Origin: Octopus bimaculoides
Lineage: Eukaryota
NCBI RefSeq assembly: GCF_001194135.2
Contig: NC_068984.1
Location: forward strand, 30,170,618 to 30,234,617
DNA length: 64,000 nt
Direction of reading: 5' to 3'
The notes under the pieces are model-generated. The model did not search any database and had not been told where the DNA came from. It saw nothing but the letters and a program-made list of their open reading frames with translations. Both the position numbers and the translations under genes were made by a program. Below, one piece after another: positions 13,270 through 26,225 of the stretch (positions within the stretch are counted from its first letter, which is position 1; each line of letters opens with the position of its first letter).

Positions 13270-13490
13270 TAAGCAACAGACATTAAAAAAATGATAAATT
13301 GTTTACCTGTACTAAGTTGATTTACCATTTTATACCAACATTGGAGAGATGATTTTTTTAATACATTTATATATGAATTTCTTGAAAAAGCATTTTCATT
13401 GCTGAATGCCAAACATGATGGTAATAAGTTGATTTTGTATTCTAATCAGTGTCTGTATTTCAGTTTGTCACATTTTGATGATGATGATGA

Positions 13491-13577
13491 TCATCATCAT
13501 CATCATCGTTTAACGTCCGCTTTCCATGCTAGCATGGATTGGACGACTTGACTGAGGACTGGTGAAACCGGATGGCA
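13491..13577 (-). mobile_element. Short 3' end of RTE-type LINE with (ATG)n tail
   Basis: (cat)n-cgtttaacgtccgctttccatgctagcatggattggacg; same terminus as the 15005 and 49123 copies. Confidence 0.8.
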
Positions 13578-14479
13578 ACAAAACAATATTCCATGGTAAT
13601 GAGCTCAATTAAGTATCTGAAGAAAGGTTCTAAATTATAATCATATGGTCTGATATATTAACTTTATAGTCATTAGTTATCCTGTTATTAAAGAAAGCAA
13701 AGAGCAGAAGCAGATAGCCTGTCCTAATTGTTGTGTACGTATGAAACCAATTGTGCCAGTCATTTGATAAATGAACTATATATATAAAACCTTTTGGGAG
13801 TACGAAGTTAGATTACATTTCCGATCTACTTTGTTATGCATCCATTCTGCTATAACTCTCTTTGTGACCTACATTAACTGATCCAGTTGGTTAATTCGTC
13901 TGTAATTTCCTCTTTCTTAATGGTAATGCTACACCAGACATTGGGTATGACAATCATATGAGTATGTGTGTGTGTGTAAATGTCAAGTGATGAAAATGAG
14001 TACTCAACACTGTATTGGTGGATATAATTTCTTTATTTGTGAATTAAAGCTACCATTCATTTCATGATAAAAAAAGGAAGAAAATATTCTAGTATCTTAA
14101 CAATTTTTCAAGCCAATTACATGGAGAAAGGGTTTTCCAAAATGGAAATTAACACCTTACTCCATTTGATTGGCTTGAAACATTAAGACACTAGGATAAT
14201 TTCCTACTTTTCTTTACATGAAACCAATGGTAGTCTTAATTCACAAATAAAGAAAATATATGTGTGTGTGTGTATGCATGCATGAGTGCATGTACACACA
14301 CACACATAAACATGCCTCCAACATACTTGAAGTAGTAAAAGTTTATATTCATGCACATCACTGCTTAGCACTTTGATTTCAAACATAAGAAAAATAAAAA
14401 GGATTAACTGAAAATTCAACCAGCTAAAATATTGCCAGCTGCAACACCCAAACTTTACTGGGATAAAGAAAACATCTTC

Positions 14480-15003
14480 AAAACTGCATGGAGACTGTCA
14501 TCGATAGTCATTTAACAGCAGAAGAACAATGGGTCATTGAGAAAATAAAAGCCAATCCCAAAGTGTTCTTAATCATTTGCCAAAAAGTATAAGATTACTG
14601 CATCACCTGATGGAGCTCTAATAGATGGAGACAACACTCTGCACAGTGGTGAAGAAGACAGGGTTGAGATGCAGCACAAGCAATACTGCTCCACTTTCAA
14701 CAATTCTGACAGCACCTGTCAAACAAATCCCAAGCATACCTTATCCAATATATTCATTTTGTGCCCCAGATATCATAGCAGCCATTAACAAAATTATGAA
14801 CAACTCGACTGCAGGCCCTGATAAATTTCCTGTTAGAGCCCTCAGGGAGTGCTTACATCAGTGTAAGCTATTCTCTGGAGAAAATTACTGGATACTGGCT
14901 ATATTCCTGATAATTTCTTATTCTAGTTGATTGTCCCATTTTCAGAAAAAGCAAAAAATTACTGGCTGGGAATTACCAACTAATCTTACTTCTCATATCA
15001 CCA
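14480..15003 (+). mobile_element. CR1-type LINE RT, 5' part (interrupted)
   Basis: EEQWVIEKIKANPKVF; PDIIAAINKIMNNSTAGPDKFP; frameshifted WRKLLDTGYIPD..IVPIFRK..GNYQLI-TSHIT (cf. KSLDTG.IP...I.PI.K....NYRPISLTSH). Confidence 0.75.
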
Positions 15004-15004
15004 C

Positions 15005-15007
15005 GAC

Positions 15008-15040
<33 letters not shown>

Positions 15041-16162
15041 TTAATGTCTGTTTTCCATGCTGGCATGCATTGGGCGGTTTGACTGGGGACTGGTGAGCGG
15101 GATGGCTGCACCAGGCTCCAATGTGATCTGGCAGAGTTTCTACAGCTGGATGCCCTTCTTAATGCCAACCACTCCGAGAGTGTAGTGGGTACTTTTACAT
15201 GCCACCGGCACGAGGGCCAGTCATGTGGTACTGGCAACGGCCATGTTCAAAATGGTGTTTTTATGTGTCACCTGCACAGGAGCCAGTCCAGTGGCACTGG
15301 CAACGCCCTCTCTCAAATTTTGTTTTTCACGTACCACCAGCACAAGTACCAGTAAGACGACGCTGGTAACGATCACACTTGAATGGTGCTTTTTAGATGC
15401 CACCAGCACGGGGACCAGTCAGTGGCCCTGGCAATTATCACACTCGGATTGTGCTCTTAGCACTCCACTAGCATGGATGCCAGTCATGTGATGCTGTCAT
15501 CGAATTTGATTTCAATTTCACTTGCCTCAATAGGCCTTCACAAGCAGAGTTTAGTGTCCAATGAAAAGAAGGTATGCCTAAGTGAGCTGGTTACACCACT
15601 GCATAGGCCACGGGCTATGGGCTCACTTGGCTTGCTGGGTCTTCTCAAGCACAGCATATTTCCAAAGGTCTCCGTCACTAGTCATTGCTCATTGAGGTCT
15701 AATGTTTGAAGGTCATGCTTCACCACCTCATCTCAGGTCTTCCTGGATCTACCTCTTCCACAGTTTCCTATTTCTTTATTGCCTACAAGGGGCTAAACAT
15801 AGAGGGGACAAACGAGGACAGACAAAGGGATTAAGTTGATCACATTGATCCCAGTGCGTAACTGGTACTTAATTTATCGACCCTGAAGGAATGAAAGGCA
15901 AAGTCAACCTTGGCAGAATTTGAACTCAGAACGTAGCAGCAGACGAAATACCACTAAGCATTTCGCCTGGCATGCTAATGTTTCTGCCAGCATGTCACCT
16001 TGAGGTCAATCTCTTCCACATTTTCCCTCAACCGCTAGGGTGTGACACTTTTTCACACAGCTATCCTCATCCATTCGCACGACATGACCATACCAGCACA
16101 GTCGTCTCTCTTGCATACCACATCTGATGCTTCTTAGGTCCAACTTTTCTCTCAAGGCACTT
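15005..16162 (-). mobile_element. 5'-truncated RTE LINE (ORF C-terminus, 3' UTR, (ATG)n tail), split by a SINE
   Basis: Minus strand ALREKLDLRSIRCGMQERRLCWYGHVVRMDEDSCVKKCHTLAVEGKCGR, then GRGRSRKT*DEVVKHDL (RTE LRW.GHV.RM / GRGRP.KTW motifs). The 3' UTR has internal ~90-bp subrepeats. Confidence 0.85.
15769..16002 (-). mobile_element. tRNA-derived SINE family B nested in the RTE
   Basis: Full-length match to family B; flanked by imperfect 21-bp direct repeats at 15748-15768 and 16006-16026. Confidence 0.85.
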
Positions 16163-16512
16163 ATTTAAGAGCGTGGTGAGGTCTAAAGTTACTCACCTCC
16201 TAAAAACTAACTACCTACTTATTCCTAACCAGCATGGTTACCACAATGGCAAGGACTGCCTAACACAGTTCCTTCATCAATTTGATGACATCCTAAAGGC
16301 TCTGCAAGAGGTGTCCAATGCAGCTGTCATCTATCTTGACTTCAGCAATGCATTGAACAAAGCTGACCACAGGATCCTATTAAAGAAACTAACCAACATT
16401 AGCATTCAAGGGAAATTTTTTAAATGGACTGAATGTTTTCTAGTGAACAGAACCCAGTATGTGGTGAATAGATGTTGTTTAATTAAGCTCAGCCAAAGTC
16501 ATCAGTGGAGTC
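16163..16512 (+). mobile_element. CR1-type LINE RT, continuation
   Basis: ORF 16173: NQHGYHNGKDCLTQFLHQFDDILKALQEVSNAAVIYLDFSNALNKADHRILLKKL...WTECFLVNRTQYV (QHGFR..RSC.T.L; VIYLDF.KAFD.VDH); SAKVISGV at ~16490-16512. Confidence 0.9.
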
Positions 16513-18103
16513 TTTATACACTTTATAGTAAGGTTGCAAGGGATCAAGGGAATGCTGTTATAACTGATAAAATTATCAATGCTGGATTTGAGAATTATAT
16601 AACATTTAAGTTCTAGTATAATTTTAATCTAATTAGCAAGTGATGTATCTGGTGTTGATCTTTGCTTTGTATATAAAGCTACTATAATGAATAGCTTCAG
16701 TTTTTGGGACATTCTGAACAAAATTCCACTGCTGTTAACTAATGATTTTCTGTCCAATTTTATTACATGAACTGCATCATGGTGAATTGGGTTCATTGTT
16801 GTAAATGCATACGGATCAGTCATTATTTCCTATGCAAGTATAAAACTTATTTAAAAGACAAAGGCTTTCATTCTAATCAAAAGAAACTCTCCAAAACCTG
16901 AATTGCTGAATAAGTTGATATACTATATCCTTGCTAAAAAAGTGAGTAAATGTGTATCCTACTACATGTACGAAGCAGTTAAATCTACCACTCTTTTATA
17001 GTTTTGAATCATTTCAATACTACATATAAAACAAATAGAAGAAAAAAGACAGATTTGCCAAACAACAGATAATGGTTTCTAACCTAGGTAAAATAGCCAC
17101 TTAAAGCAGCATCAGAACTTGATTAGAATTTATTTTATTAAACCAGCTGGAAATCAAAGTAAACATGAATGGGATTTGAGAAGTGAATTTAAAAAGATGA
17201 AACAAAGAAATGCTAGGTGTTCTGTCTGATGCTATGCTGATTCTGCCATTCCAATAAGCTCTTTAGATAGGCATGATACTCATTCAAGAGTTTTAATTAA
17301 GAGAAAATTGGAGAGTGGGGAAGCATTCAGGCATTTTTCAACAGTGTTATTGACGTAGATAAAGTAAAATAGCTTCAACCAGGAATATATAACCAAAAGA
17401 TGCAGTTGTTTCACAAACAATATATTTTCACTCCATTTGGCACATACGAAACAAGGAAAACATTGCAAAACCATTAGATGGAAGTTTGTTTCAGCAGAAA
17501 GGGAGGAAGAAAGAGAAATTTAAAAATCAGGTGGTTGTGTGCATAGAGTTAAACATTCTCAACTATTTATAGCAATAATCAAAAACGATTTTGTTTCCAA
17601 ATCGACTGGTTGTTTTTAATGTTACACCAGTTTACATATATTTATGCTAAATCAACAGCATACCTCAGATCTATAATCAGGTATATGAACATGAAAGGTG
17701 TTAATTAAGAGTAATCATTAATGTGAATTACTGATCATTTTAGATAGTAGTTTAAATTCATCATGACACAACATAATAAAATTCATCATCATCATCACAA
17801 TCATCTTTATACACTGAACATCATTAGTATTGTTTTTTCCTTTAGGTGATTTTTGTTTTTTTGTATATATTAAGATAAATTTCATATGTATATGTGCTTA
17901 ATTATTTTTGAACTATAGGTACAGTAATTACAGATATATATTACATGTTAAAATATCTACATTTGAGGTGAATTGTGCTTAATTAAGCTTGCAAGCAAGA
18001 GAAAATATTTCAAGAAAATCTGTGATTAAGAAGACGAAATAAATTATCAAATTCCTACAAATATTAATGTAATTCATTTATTAATCAGGTATTCACACGC
18101 ATG

Positions 18104-18104
<1 letters not shown>

Positions 18105-18142
<38 letters not shown>

Positions 18143-18185
18143 CTGCATGCAGGCACACACACACACACAAACATGCACATACACC
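18105..18185. repeat. (CA)n microsatellite
   Basis: Directly visible. Confidence 0.95.
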
Positions 18186-19489
18186 AGACATAACTTTTAC
18201 ATCGCCAAGTAATTTCAAAAGATTATGGCAGAATTATCAACAATTTTCTTTTAAAAATATACATGTCTCTTGAAGCAAATTGAAGCTAACCTATCCAAGT
18301 GTGTATGAACAATCATAAAATGATGCTGATGATGTCACAAAGAATGGTGACCGACAATGATGAAAACGCCAAAGATGATGATGATGATGATGATGATTAA
18401 AATCATGATGACAGATATGAGGGAAAGCATCCTTACAAATTCAAACCCTTAGAAAAAGTTTATCAAAAATAAAATAAAAGCAAAATAAATTGATTGACAA
18501 ATAAAAAAATTTCCAACAATTATGGATTAGATCTAAACAGTCTGTACATGTGTATACATACACCTGCATACACATACTCATGCACATTAGGGCATAGCAC
18601 ATAAAAAAATGATAGAAATTGAATAAATATGTCCCTTCTAAATAATTGTCACTAAGTTGTTTTATATCTTATTTAAGAAACATATTTTAGTAGTAGTAGT
18701 ATTAAATTCTTAGTTCATATTTCTGAAACTGCTGAAAAGATGGTTTGTATATGCAATGAGAGTTGAAAATTATTAATAAAAGAATGAATTCATTTTAGTT
18801 CGTTTTTGTATTTGGTTTATATGATTCTTGATGTAAACTTGTGTGTTGAAAGAGATTTTGCTGCATCGGAAGCAGGTGATTATGAAAAATAATAAACACT
18901 TGCATTGGTTCTGTTACACTTCTTTTATCATTATAGTCAGTTTATTAACATTATCCAGTTAACTAATTAATTCTTTGATTAATTGTTCCATCAGTTAATC
19001 ATGTATATTTGTTAAATTTCTTTCATTTCCATTTGTGACCTCATAAAAGAGTCCTCATAGAAGTAGATCTGAAGTGGACATTGAATATGAAGGCATGTCA
19101 TTGATGAGGTAATGAATGGAAACAAAACAAGTTTGACAGATATAGCTGACTGATTAACTGAATGATTAATCAAATAATCTATTAGTTAATTGGATAAATG
19201 TTAACAAATTGACAAATAATAAAAAGTGAAACTGAAACTATGCGTGTGTTTACAATTGATATTTTGACCCACCCAAGACAGATCAAATTTACACCATAAT
19301 TACAGATCAATTCTATTTATAGAACTAAAGTAATGCAAATTTAAAATTGTGCAAAGACTTTAAATGACCCAGTATTTCAACGAGACTGATGTGATCAACT
19401 ACTAGCCTATGATTGGGATTTGTTTCAGTTGCTAATATTGGATTTGAACTCAGATCCTAAAAGAATGGAACTAAACATTGTTTGATATA

Positions 19490-19667
19490 ATCTTTTCTAC
19501 TATAGGCACAAGGCCCGAAGTTTTTGGGGAGGGAGCCAGTCGATTAGATCAACTCCAGTACACAACTAGTACTTAATTTATCGACCCCAAAAGGATGAAA
19601 GGCAGAGTTGATCTCAACAGAATTTGAACTCTGAATGTAAAGACAGACCACTAAGCATTTCACCCGG
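19490..19667 (-). mobile_element. tRNA-derived SINE family B
   Basis: tttatcgaccccaaaaggatgaaaggcagagttgatctcaacagaatttgaactc...ctaagcatttcacccgg. Confidence 0.8.
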
Positions 19668-20065
19668 TAAAAAGCTTAGTGGTATTACCATCAAACATAC
19701 TTATTCACACACACAGGTAGTTATGTTCACATATAAATATATTTAAACTGAAGATATTAACACCTTGATTTTACCAGAAATATTTGATATACATTCTTAA
19801 TTCTTGGACTGAAGAGATATTTTGAATCAAAAGTTAACTTCAAATCACACTACAAAGTTAACGTTTCCAAGCATATTCGGTATATAGATCTCCCAACATT
19901 CTTGTTACAACTATATGTTTTAGGCTGTTAATTCAAAATTACCAAATGTGTTCTGTATAAAGATTTCATTTACACAGAGCCACAACCTATATTTACAGAA
20001 TGTATTCATTTATTTGTACAGCTATAATTAGAAGAGAATTTATCAATTTCATGATTCTTTTCCTT

Positions 20066-20118
<53 letters not shown>

Positions 20119-20534
20119 CATATGTATATGTGCTTTCAACCTACATGGAAAATTCTTCTTCCTGCAAATAAGAAAACTTGATTAACTGATTCTGCATGGA
20201 ATATTTTCTGTGAAATATCCTGAAGCATTAGCAGCCTTATTTTAATAGACTTATGTGACAATTTCTAATAGAATACTAATTATGAAGAACATACTATTCA
20301 AAAATTCATTAATTGAAAATTAGGTAAATACTATTTTCTTAAATGGTGTTAGTGTTCAAAAAATTGTAAGCACTAAATATTAAGCTATGAAAATTAATTC
20401 AGAATATTAGCATAAAGGATTAATCATTGTTGATTCAAGTTCAATGCCATAACATGTGATATTTTACCATCAGTGTTAGAACTTGGCAACTAACAAACAT
20501 CTTCAACAATACCTCCTTAAACTGTTTTAAATAT

Positions 20535-20580
20535 ACCCATGCTAGCATGGAAGGCGGACGTTAAACGATGATGATGATGA
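20535..20580 (+). mobile_element. Extreme 3' end (~45 bp) of RTE-type LINE
   Basis: acccatgctagcatggaaggcggacgttaaacgatgatgatgatga. Confidence 0.75.
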
Positions 20581-21344
20581 TATCTGTTATATATATATCT
20601 GTTATATATAGGTATTTTCTTCCATACATTCTCTTTTTTTTAACTTTTACCTTGTTTTTATCTACCATTCAAAAGCAAAACAAAAATGTTGAAACTAAAT
20701 TTACAAAAATATTTTAAAAACTAAAATTTCTCAAACAGTGACTAAAGTGCAGTTTTAACCCCAAAATGAATTCCTTTACATTCTTTCTTGTTTAGAAGCA
20801 AATCCCTTTTTCCTTCACGTACTAGCATGTGTGTGTGTGTGCTTACACACATGTTATTTTCATAACATAGAGAAAACAGGGTTTACAGAAACTAAAAGTG
20901 GTTTATACTGGCAATAATTGTAAGGTTAAATTTTCATGAGTTTCGATATATATGTATGCCATGGGAAAACAAGAAACTTAAGAAAGAGAGAACCTTGTTT
21001 TCACTTGAAGTATTTTACTTCTCTCTCTCCAACACTCTTTTGGGTTAAAAAAAAAAATCAATCTCTAAATATCAGATTCGTCCAATCTTTGCAGTAATCA
21101 GACTAATTCAGACTCGGGAATTTCACTGTATTTGTGGCGATGAATTTAACCTAAAAGTATTAATATTTTATCAATCTTTCTAATTCAAATAACATTAAAC
21201 TGGAAAACCAGTATCTATAAATAACCATTTAGAAGACTGAAATAATAAAATATTCTGCTAAATTAAACCTTTCTCTTCTTCAGAAAGAATTTTTAAAGTA
21301 TATGTTCATATTCTCATATATGTGTTTAATAAGTACACTATTAA

Positions 21345-21556
21345 GATGGTGAGCTAGCAGAATCATTAGCACACTGGGCAAAATGCTTAGAGGTATTTCA
21401 TCTGTCCTTACATGCTGAGTTCAAATTCCACCAAGGTCGACTTTGCCTTTCATCCTTTTGGGGTTGATGAAATAAGTAACAGTTGGGCACTAAGGTTGAT
21501 GTAATTGACTTATCCATTCCCATGAAATTGCTGGCCTTGTGCCAAAATTTGAAACA
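21345..21556 (+). mobile_element. tRNA-derived SINE family B
   Basis: gatggtgagctagcagaatcattagcac...gagttcaaattccaccaaggtcgactttgcctttcatcc. Confidence 0.85.
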
Positions 21557-23582
21557 TATGTACAATATTGATTTATACAGATGCCATAATGTATTTAATA
21601 TATACATTATTGCTAGTGCTCCTAGCAAACATTGTAATATACTTAGGGAAGAAAGAGAGATAACATTTTGTCTAGAGGTATATTTTTTTTCTTTTTGCAT
21701 TACCAAGCATGAAATAAAAGGTTAACCAATGCATACTGCAAAGTTGCTTGTATTACAAAGAACATCTAGTAACAAAAACCATGCTTTACATGGAATTTGT
21801 GGACCTCTGACCTGACTAGATGGAAAGTAATTCCAAATAAGAACTGACTATGATGACCCATCCAATCCATGGAAAGTAAGCATATAATCAATGATGATGA
21901 TGATGATAATAATGCTGCTGCTGCTGCTGTGTTTGGTGGGGGATTTGAGGAGTGGAATTTGCAGTGGCAGTTGCAACAATGGCAATGATGACATTGACAA
22001 TGATTAACATGTTTCTAAAATAAAGTGAGCTATACAACATGCACCTGATAACTGAACAATCACTGTTTCAATTTAATTGGATCTCGTTCAATTTCATTTC
22101 AGTTAAAATCACCAAGTATTTCTTGATGTGATAATAATAACTTTAGTAACATGGAATTAATCATTCTTTAACTTTAAGTTTATGTGAAAAATTATGTATT
22201 GCACAAAATAGAAATTAGAAAAAATTAGTTATTAAGGTGTATGGATTCAGCCTTGCTTTAAAATGCTAGGATATAATTTGTATGATATGAAAAGGTATTG
22301 TAATATTGATCATCTTAAATAGCTAAGTTTAAATATAATTTATACATAGTATGTATTATATTTGAAAGGGGTTATAATTATAGCACACTGGATATGTCAA
22401 GATTTAGAAGCACAATACACACACTAACATTTTATGTTTGGTTGTGGATTTTGTTTAATCCAAGTCAGACCTAGTCAAGCAGATTTGTGGTCAAAAGGAA
22501 TTTCAGCTACGTTCATCTTTGCTATTTGTTTACTAGGGATTATAGTAACCAATAGGTCTTGATCTTTTTGAGCAATATAGGGAGATGTAGGTGAGTTTTG
22601 GCAGCTATTTCTAGAAGTTATCAAACAATACTGTAAGATTTTAAAGTTTTTGCGGCTGTTTCTAATACGTATAGACTACTTGGTTGAGTTTTAACAGTGT
22701 GTAAACTTAGTACAAGTTAATACCTTGTTGCACACTTGATTGATAAAAGTCTGCTTGCATGTCAGTACAGGTCAAATTTTGTTCAGTCAGCCTTCTTGTC
22801 ATAGACTGATGCCTTCCATCATTTGGGACACATTCTCTACTACTCTATTGAAGATTGCCTTTGTTATATTGATAAGAAATTTCAAAGAAATATGTCAATA
22901 TTATTTGATTATTTTAATCAGATCACAATGTCAAATCAATTTACAACAATGAACTAACTGAACCATTTTGAAAATTTATCTATTATTAACTTATTCACAC
23001 CATTCTTGGAAAGCCTGGAAAGGGTCACAGGTGCTGACATTCTCCTTTGTCTGAACCATTAAAAAAGTGTGTGTAATTTAATTAGGATTAACATTGTCAA
23101 GATGCAAACATGAAAAGAAGATAATTTGTTATTAAATGAATCAAAGTAAATTCAATGGACTTGAATTTTGCAGATGTACGCAACAGGACGAATGCAATTG
23201 ATTTGATTTACACAAACAGAATAGTATTCAAGGCCAGCATACTAGTAACAGATCAGCATAAGATCAGTGCATAAGAAAAACCGATGTAAACAATGAATAT
23301 CTGCAAAATGTTGTCATTTTCTCCTTTCTAGAGAGAGCTATATTCCTGTCCAACAAGAAATTGGGAAAGAGTTTTCCATAAGCCACATCTCGACACATAT
23401 CTTCCCTGTATTTTTTTGCTGTTAGATTGGACTTACTTAGAGACCAGCTCTTTTAGATGACTCATGGTTTATATTCCAACAACTTTATTTCTGTCAATTG
23501 TTTTTTACAGTTACTTTATGTCCAGATGTATATTTGCTTTAGCAGAGTAGACTTTTCACACCATGTCTCCAACTGTAATCTA

Positions 23583-23760
23583 TTATATTTGAACGTGTAT
23601 AACGAACGCCATTTCGTCAAAAATTAGGTTAAAAAATATAGGAGTTTCTTATAGATGGATAGTATTATAATCCTTTGCAAAACCTATTTTCCAAATTTGA
23701 AGCTCCCAAAATTAGGGGTTTCCTTATACATGAGGGTTCCTTATATATGTTAAAATATGT
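23583..23760. mobile_element. Small Tc1/mariner-superfamily (pogo/Tc2-like) MITE
   Basis: Imperfect ~27-bp inverted ends (tattatatttgaacgtgtataacgaacgc versus reverse complement taacatattttaacatatataaggaaccc), with TA at both flanks. Confidence 0.55.
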
Positions 23761-23859
23761 TATGTATTTTTATGATCCTTTACAATGAAAGATAATTCAG
23801 AGAATTCTCTCTCTTTCCCTCCCACCTCTCTGTCTCCCTCCCCTCTCTCTCTCTCTATA

Positions 23860-23903
<44 letters not shown>

Positions 23904-23906
<3 letters not shown>

Positions 23907-24225
23907 TCATCATCATTTAACGTCCGTTGACCAAACTGGCATGGGTTGGACGATTTGGCATAGTTTTCTATAGCTGGATGCCCTTCCTAATGCCAACCTC
24001 TCAGAGAGTAATGGGTGCTTTTATATGCCACTGGCATGGGTGCCATTTGCATGACATGACTGTGATTTTGCTCGGCTTGATGTGTCTTCATCTCAAGTAC
24101 AACATAATGTCAAAGGCCTCAGTCATTACTTCCAAGAGGCCTAACACACAAAAGGAACTCAGCCACTTTGCCTCCATGAGGCCCAATGCTCGAAAGGAAC
24201 TCAGCCACTTTGCCTTCAGGAGGCA
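23904..24225 (-). mobile_element. RTE LINE 3' UTR fragment with (ATG)n tail abutting a (TA)n run
   Basis: catcatcatttaacgtcc...ctggatgcccttcctaatgccaacc...gccactggcatg, homologous to the 15005 copy. Confidence 0.75.
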
Positions 24226-24231
24226 TATATA

Positions 24232-24798
24232 CAGGGGTTAGACAAAATAATGGAAACACCAAGCATCATTGCATCATAATTTTGAAATATCTATAAAACC
24301 ATCAAAAGCTTGTTTATTTTTATGTTTTTGATTTATTATTAGTATTGCTTAATAAGTTTTGCTAAAATTGCTGTTTTCTTTCAGATATCACCAGAAAAAG
24401 GTAATTAAAATTTACTAAACTCACAGATCTATCGGACTTTCAAAGAGGTCAAATTGTTGGTGCTCATATGACAGGCACTAGTGTAATGAAAACAGCAAAC
24501 ATGTTTGGTGTATCAAGAATACTGTGTCAAAAGTAATGACAGCCTTTGAGAAAGAGGGGAAAACTGCCTTGTTGAAATAAAACTACAGAAGAAAACCAAA
24601 ACTTTCAGATCGGAACTGTTGGACTCTTACACGAATTGTTAGAAAGGATCACAAAAAACAGCTCCCAAAATTACTGCAGAGCTTCATGACCACTTGAGAA
24701 CCCAGTTTCCACAAAAACTGTTTGCTGGGAGCTGCACAAAGCCAAATTTCACAGGAGGGCTGCAATCAGAAAACCACTACTTTCAAAAACATCCCAAA
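24232..24798 (+). mobile_element. Tc1-like transposon, left end and transposase N-terminal HTH region
   Basis: ta|caggggttagacaaaataatggaaacacc terminus; TDLSDFQRGQIVGAHMTGTSVMKTANMFGVSR..TVSKVMTAFEKEGK..RKPKLSDR..LTRIVRKDH..TAPKITAEL..PVSTKTV.WELHKAKFHRRAAIRKPLLSK with frameshifts. Confidence 0.9.
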
Positions 24799-24959
24799 AG
24801 AGATACAATACAAAGTTAACAATGTCAACGTGTCATGACAAAATGGAGCAGTACTAACATAGAGAGCACAAACCCCTGACCTCACACTGAACAGTCTGAG
24901 CTGAGTTTAGATTAGTTACATAAATTTCAGATAAAAATGATACTTATTTCAAATGCTTG

Positions 24960-25140
24960 CTAACATAGGCACAAGGCCTGAAATGTGCAAGTTGAAGTTG
25001 GTTAATTACATTGGTGCCAGTACTTGACTGCTATTCTATATTATTGGACTTGAGTTGACCTTGGTGGGATTTCAATACAGATTGTAAAATGTTACAATAA
25101 ATACCACAAGGCATTTTATCTAACACTCTACTGATTCTTC
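24960..25140 (-). mobile_element. Highly decayed SINE family B
   Basis: cataggcacaaggcctgaaat...gagttgaccttggtgggatttcaa...aaataccacaaggcatttt. Confidence 0.5.
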
Positions 25141-25915
25141 TAATTTACCACTCTTTTCTGATAATATTAATAGTAATAAGAAATATATATCAGGCTGTGT
25201 GGAAATTTATGATAATAAATAAATGAAAATTAGCATAAATATCTACAAAATGCAAATAAAGCAAAGGTTTTCATCTTCAGTCATTCCAGCAGATATGAAA
25301 CAAAGATTGTAGTAAGAGAGAACTAAAGTGGGGTGGAGATGGGAAAATTGTAATCTAAATTAGAAGTACTCTGAAATGTCATAGAAGGCCAAGTGCACAT
25401 TCTTTCTTTGCAGGACCAAAATGCTATGAAACTAACAAGCAAGACAAAAATGGATAAATATAAAGACAACATTGATGAGAAAAGCCTTTATTCAAAGATG
25501 AAACCAAAACATTCCTACTAGTAATTAATTATGAAAATGGTTTATTATGAAGTTGTGTAAAACAAAAAATAGCTCTAGAAAATGTTGCTAAGTGCATGTG
25601 AAAATAATTTTTTTTAATGTGATAAAAACAAACTTCAATTCTATATATAATGTCTTAATATGAAATATTACTAAATGTTTCGATGAAACTAAACATAGAG
25701 TGGGAGGTGAGAGAGTGTTCTGTAACTTTTTAATTCCTTTATAGGTTTTTTGGGTGCAGTATGTAACAAAAAATATTGTTTTTATTACTGTAAAGGTTTA
25801 GAAAAGAAAAGAAAAAGTACTAAAGTGTAGTAATAATTTTTTAATGAAAATTAGTTTTTAATATTTTTTCCTAATATAATGATTTTATATGTCAACAAAA
25901 AAATCAAGATTTTAA

Positions 25916-26225
25916 TTAATGCTTGGTATGATCACCTTTAACCCTCAAAACAACATTTATTTTCTCTCTGACTGATGATTCTAACTTTCCAAATAGTTTT
26001 TTTCTATTTATTTTCTCACTTATATTAATCATAAATGTCTTTAATTCAGAGACTGTTTTATACATCTTTCCTTTTAATTTAATCTTCAAAATTGCCCATA
26101 AATTTTCAATGGGGTTCAAATCAGGTGATTGATTAGGCCAAAACAATACATTTATCTGTTTGACATCAAAATTATCTTGATCACATGAGGAGGTGTGCTT
26201 TAGGTTATCAACTTGTTGAAATTTA
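25916..26225 (-). mobile_element. Tc1-like DDE transposase C-terminal remnant
   Basis: In-frame KFQQVDNLKHTSS...INVLFWPNQSPDLNPIENLWAILK...VLRVKGDHTKH* (FQQDN.PKH; WP.QSPDLNPIENLW; G..TKY end). Confidence 0.9.

Noticed and set aside
16629-16823. Minus ORF MTDPYAFTT... with an upstream acceptor-like site
   Set aside because: No recognisable homology; the opposite strand has an endonuclease-like FIVVNAYG peptide, so decayed LINE or chance is as likely.
19050-19108. Possible + exon SPHRSRSEVDIEYEGMSLM
   Set aside because: Weak acceptor, no partner exon and no homology.
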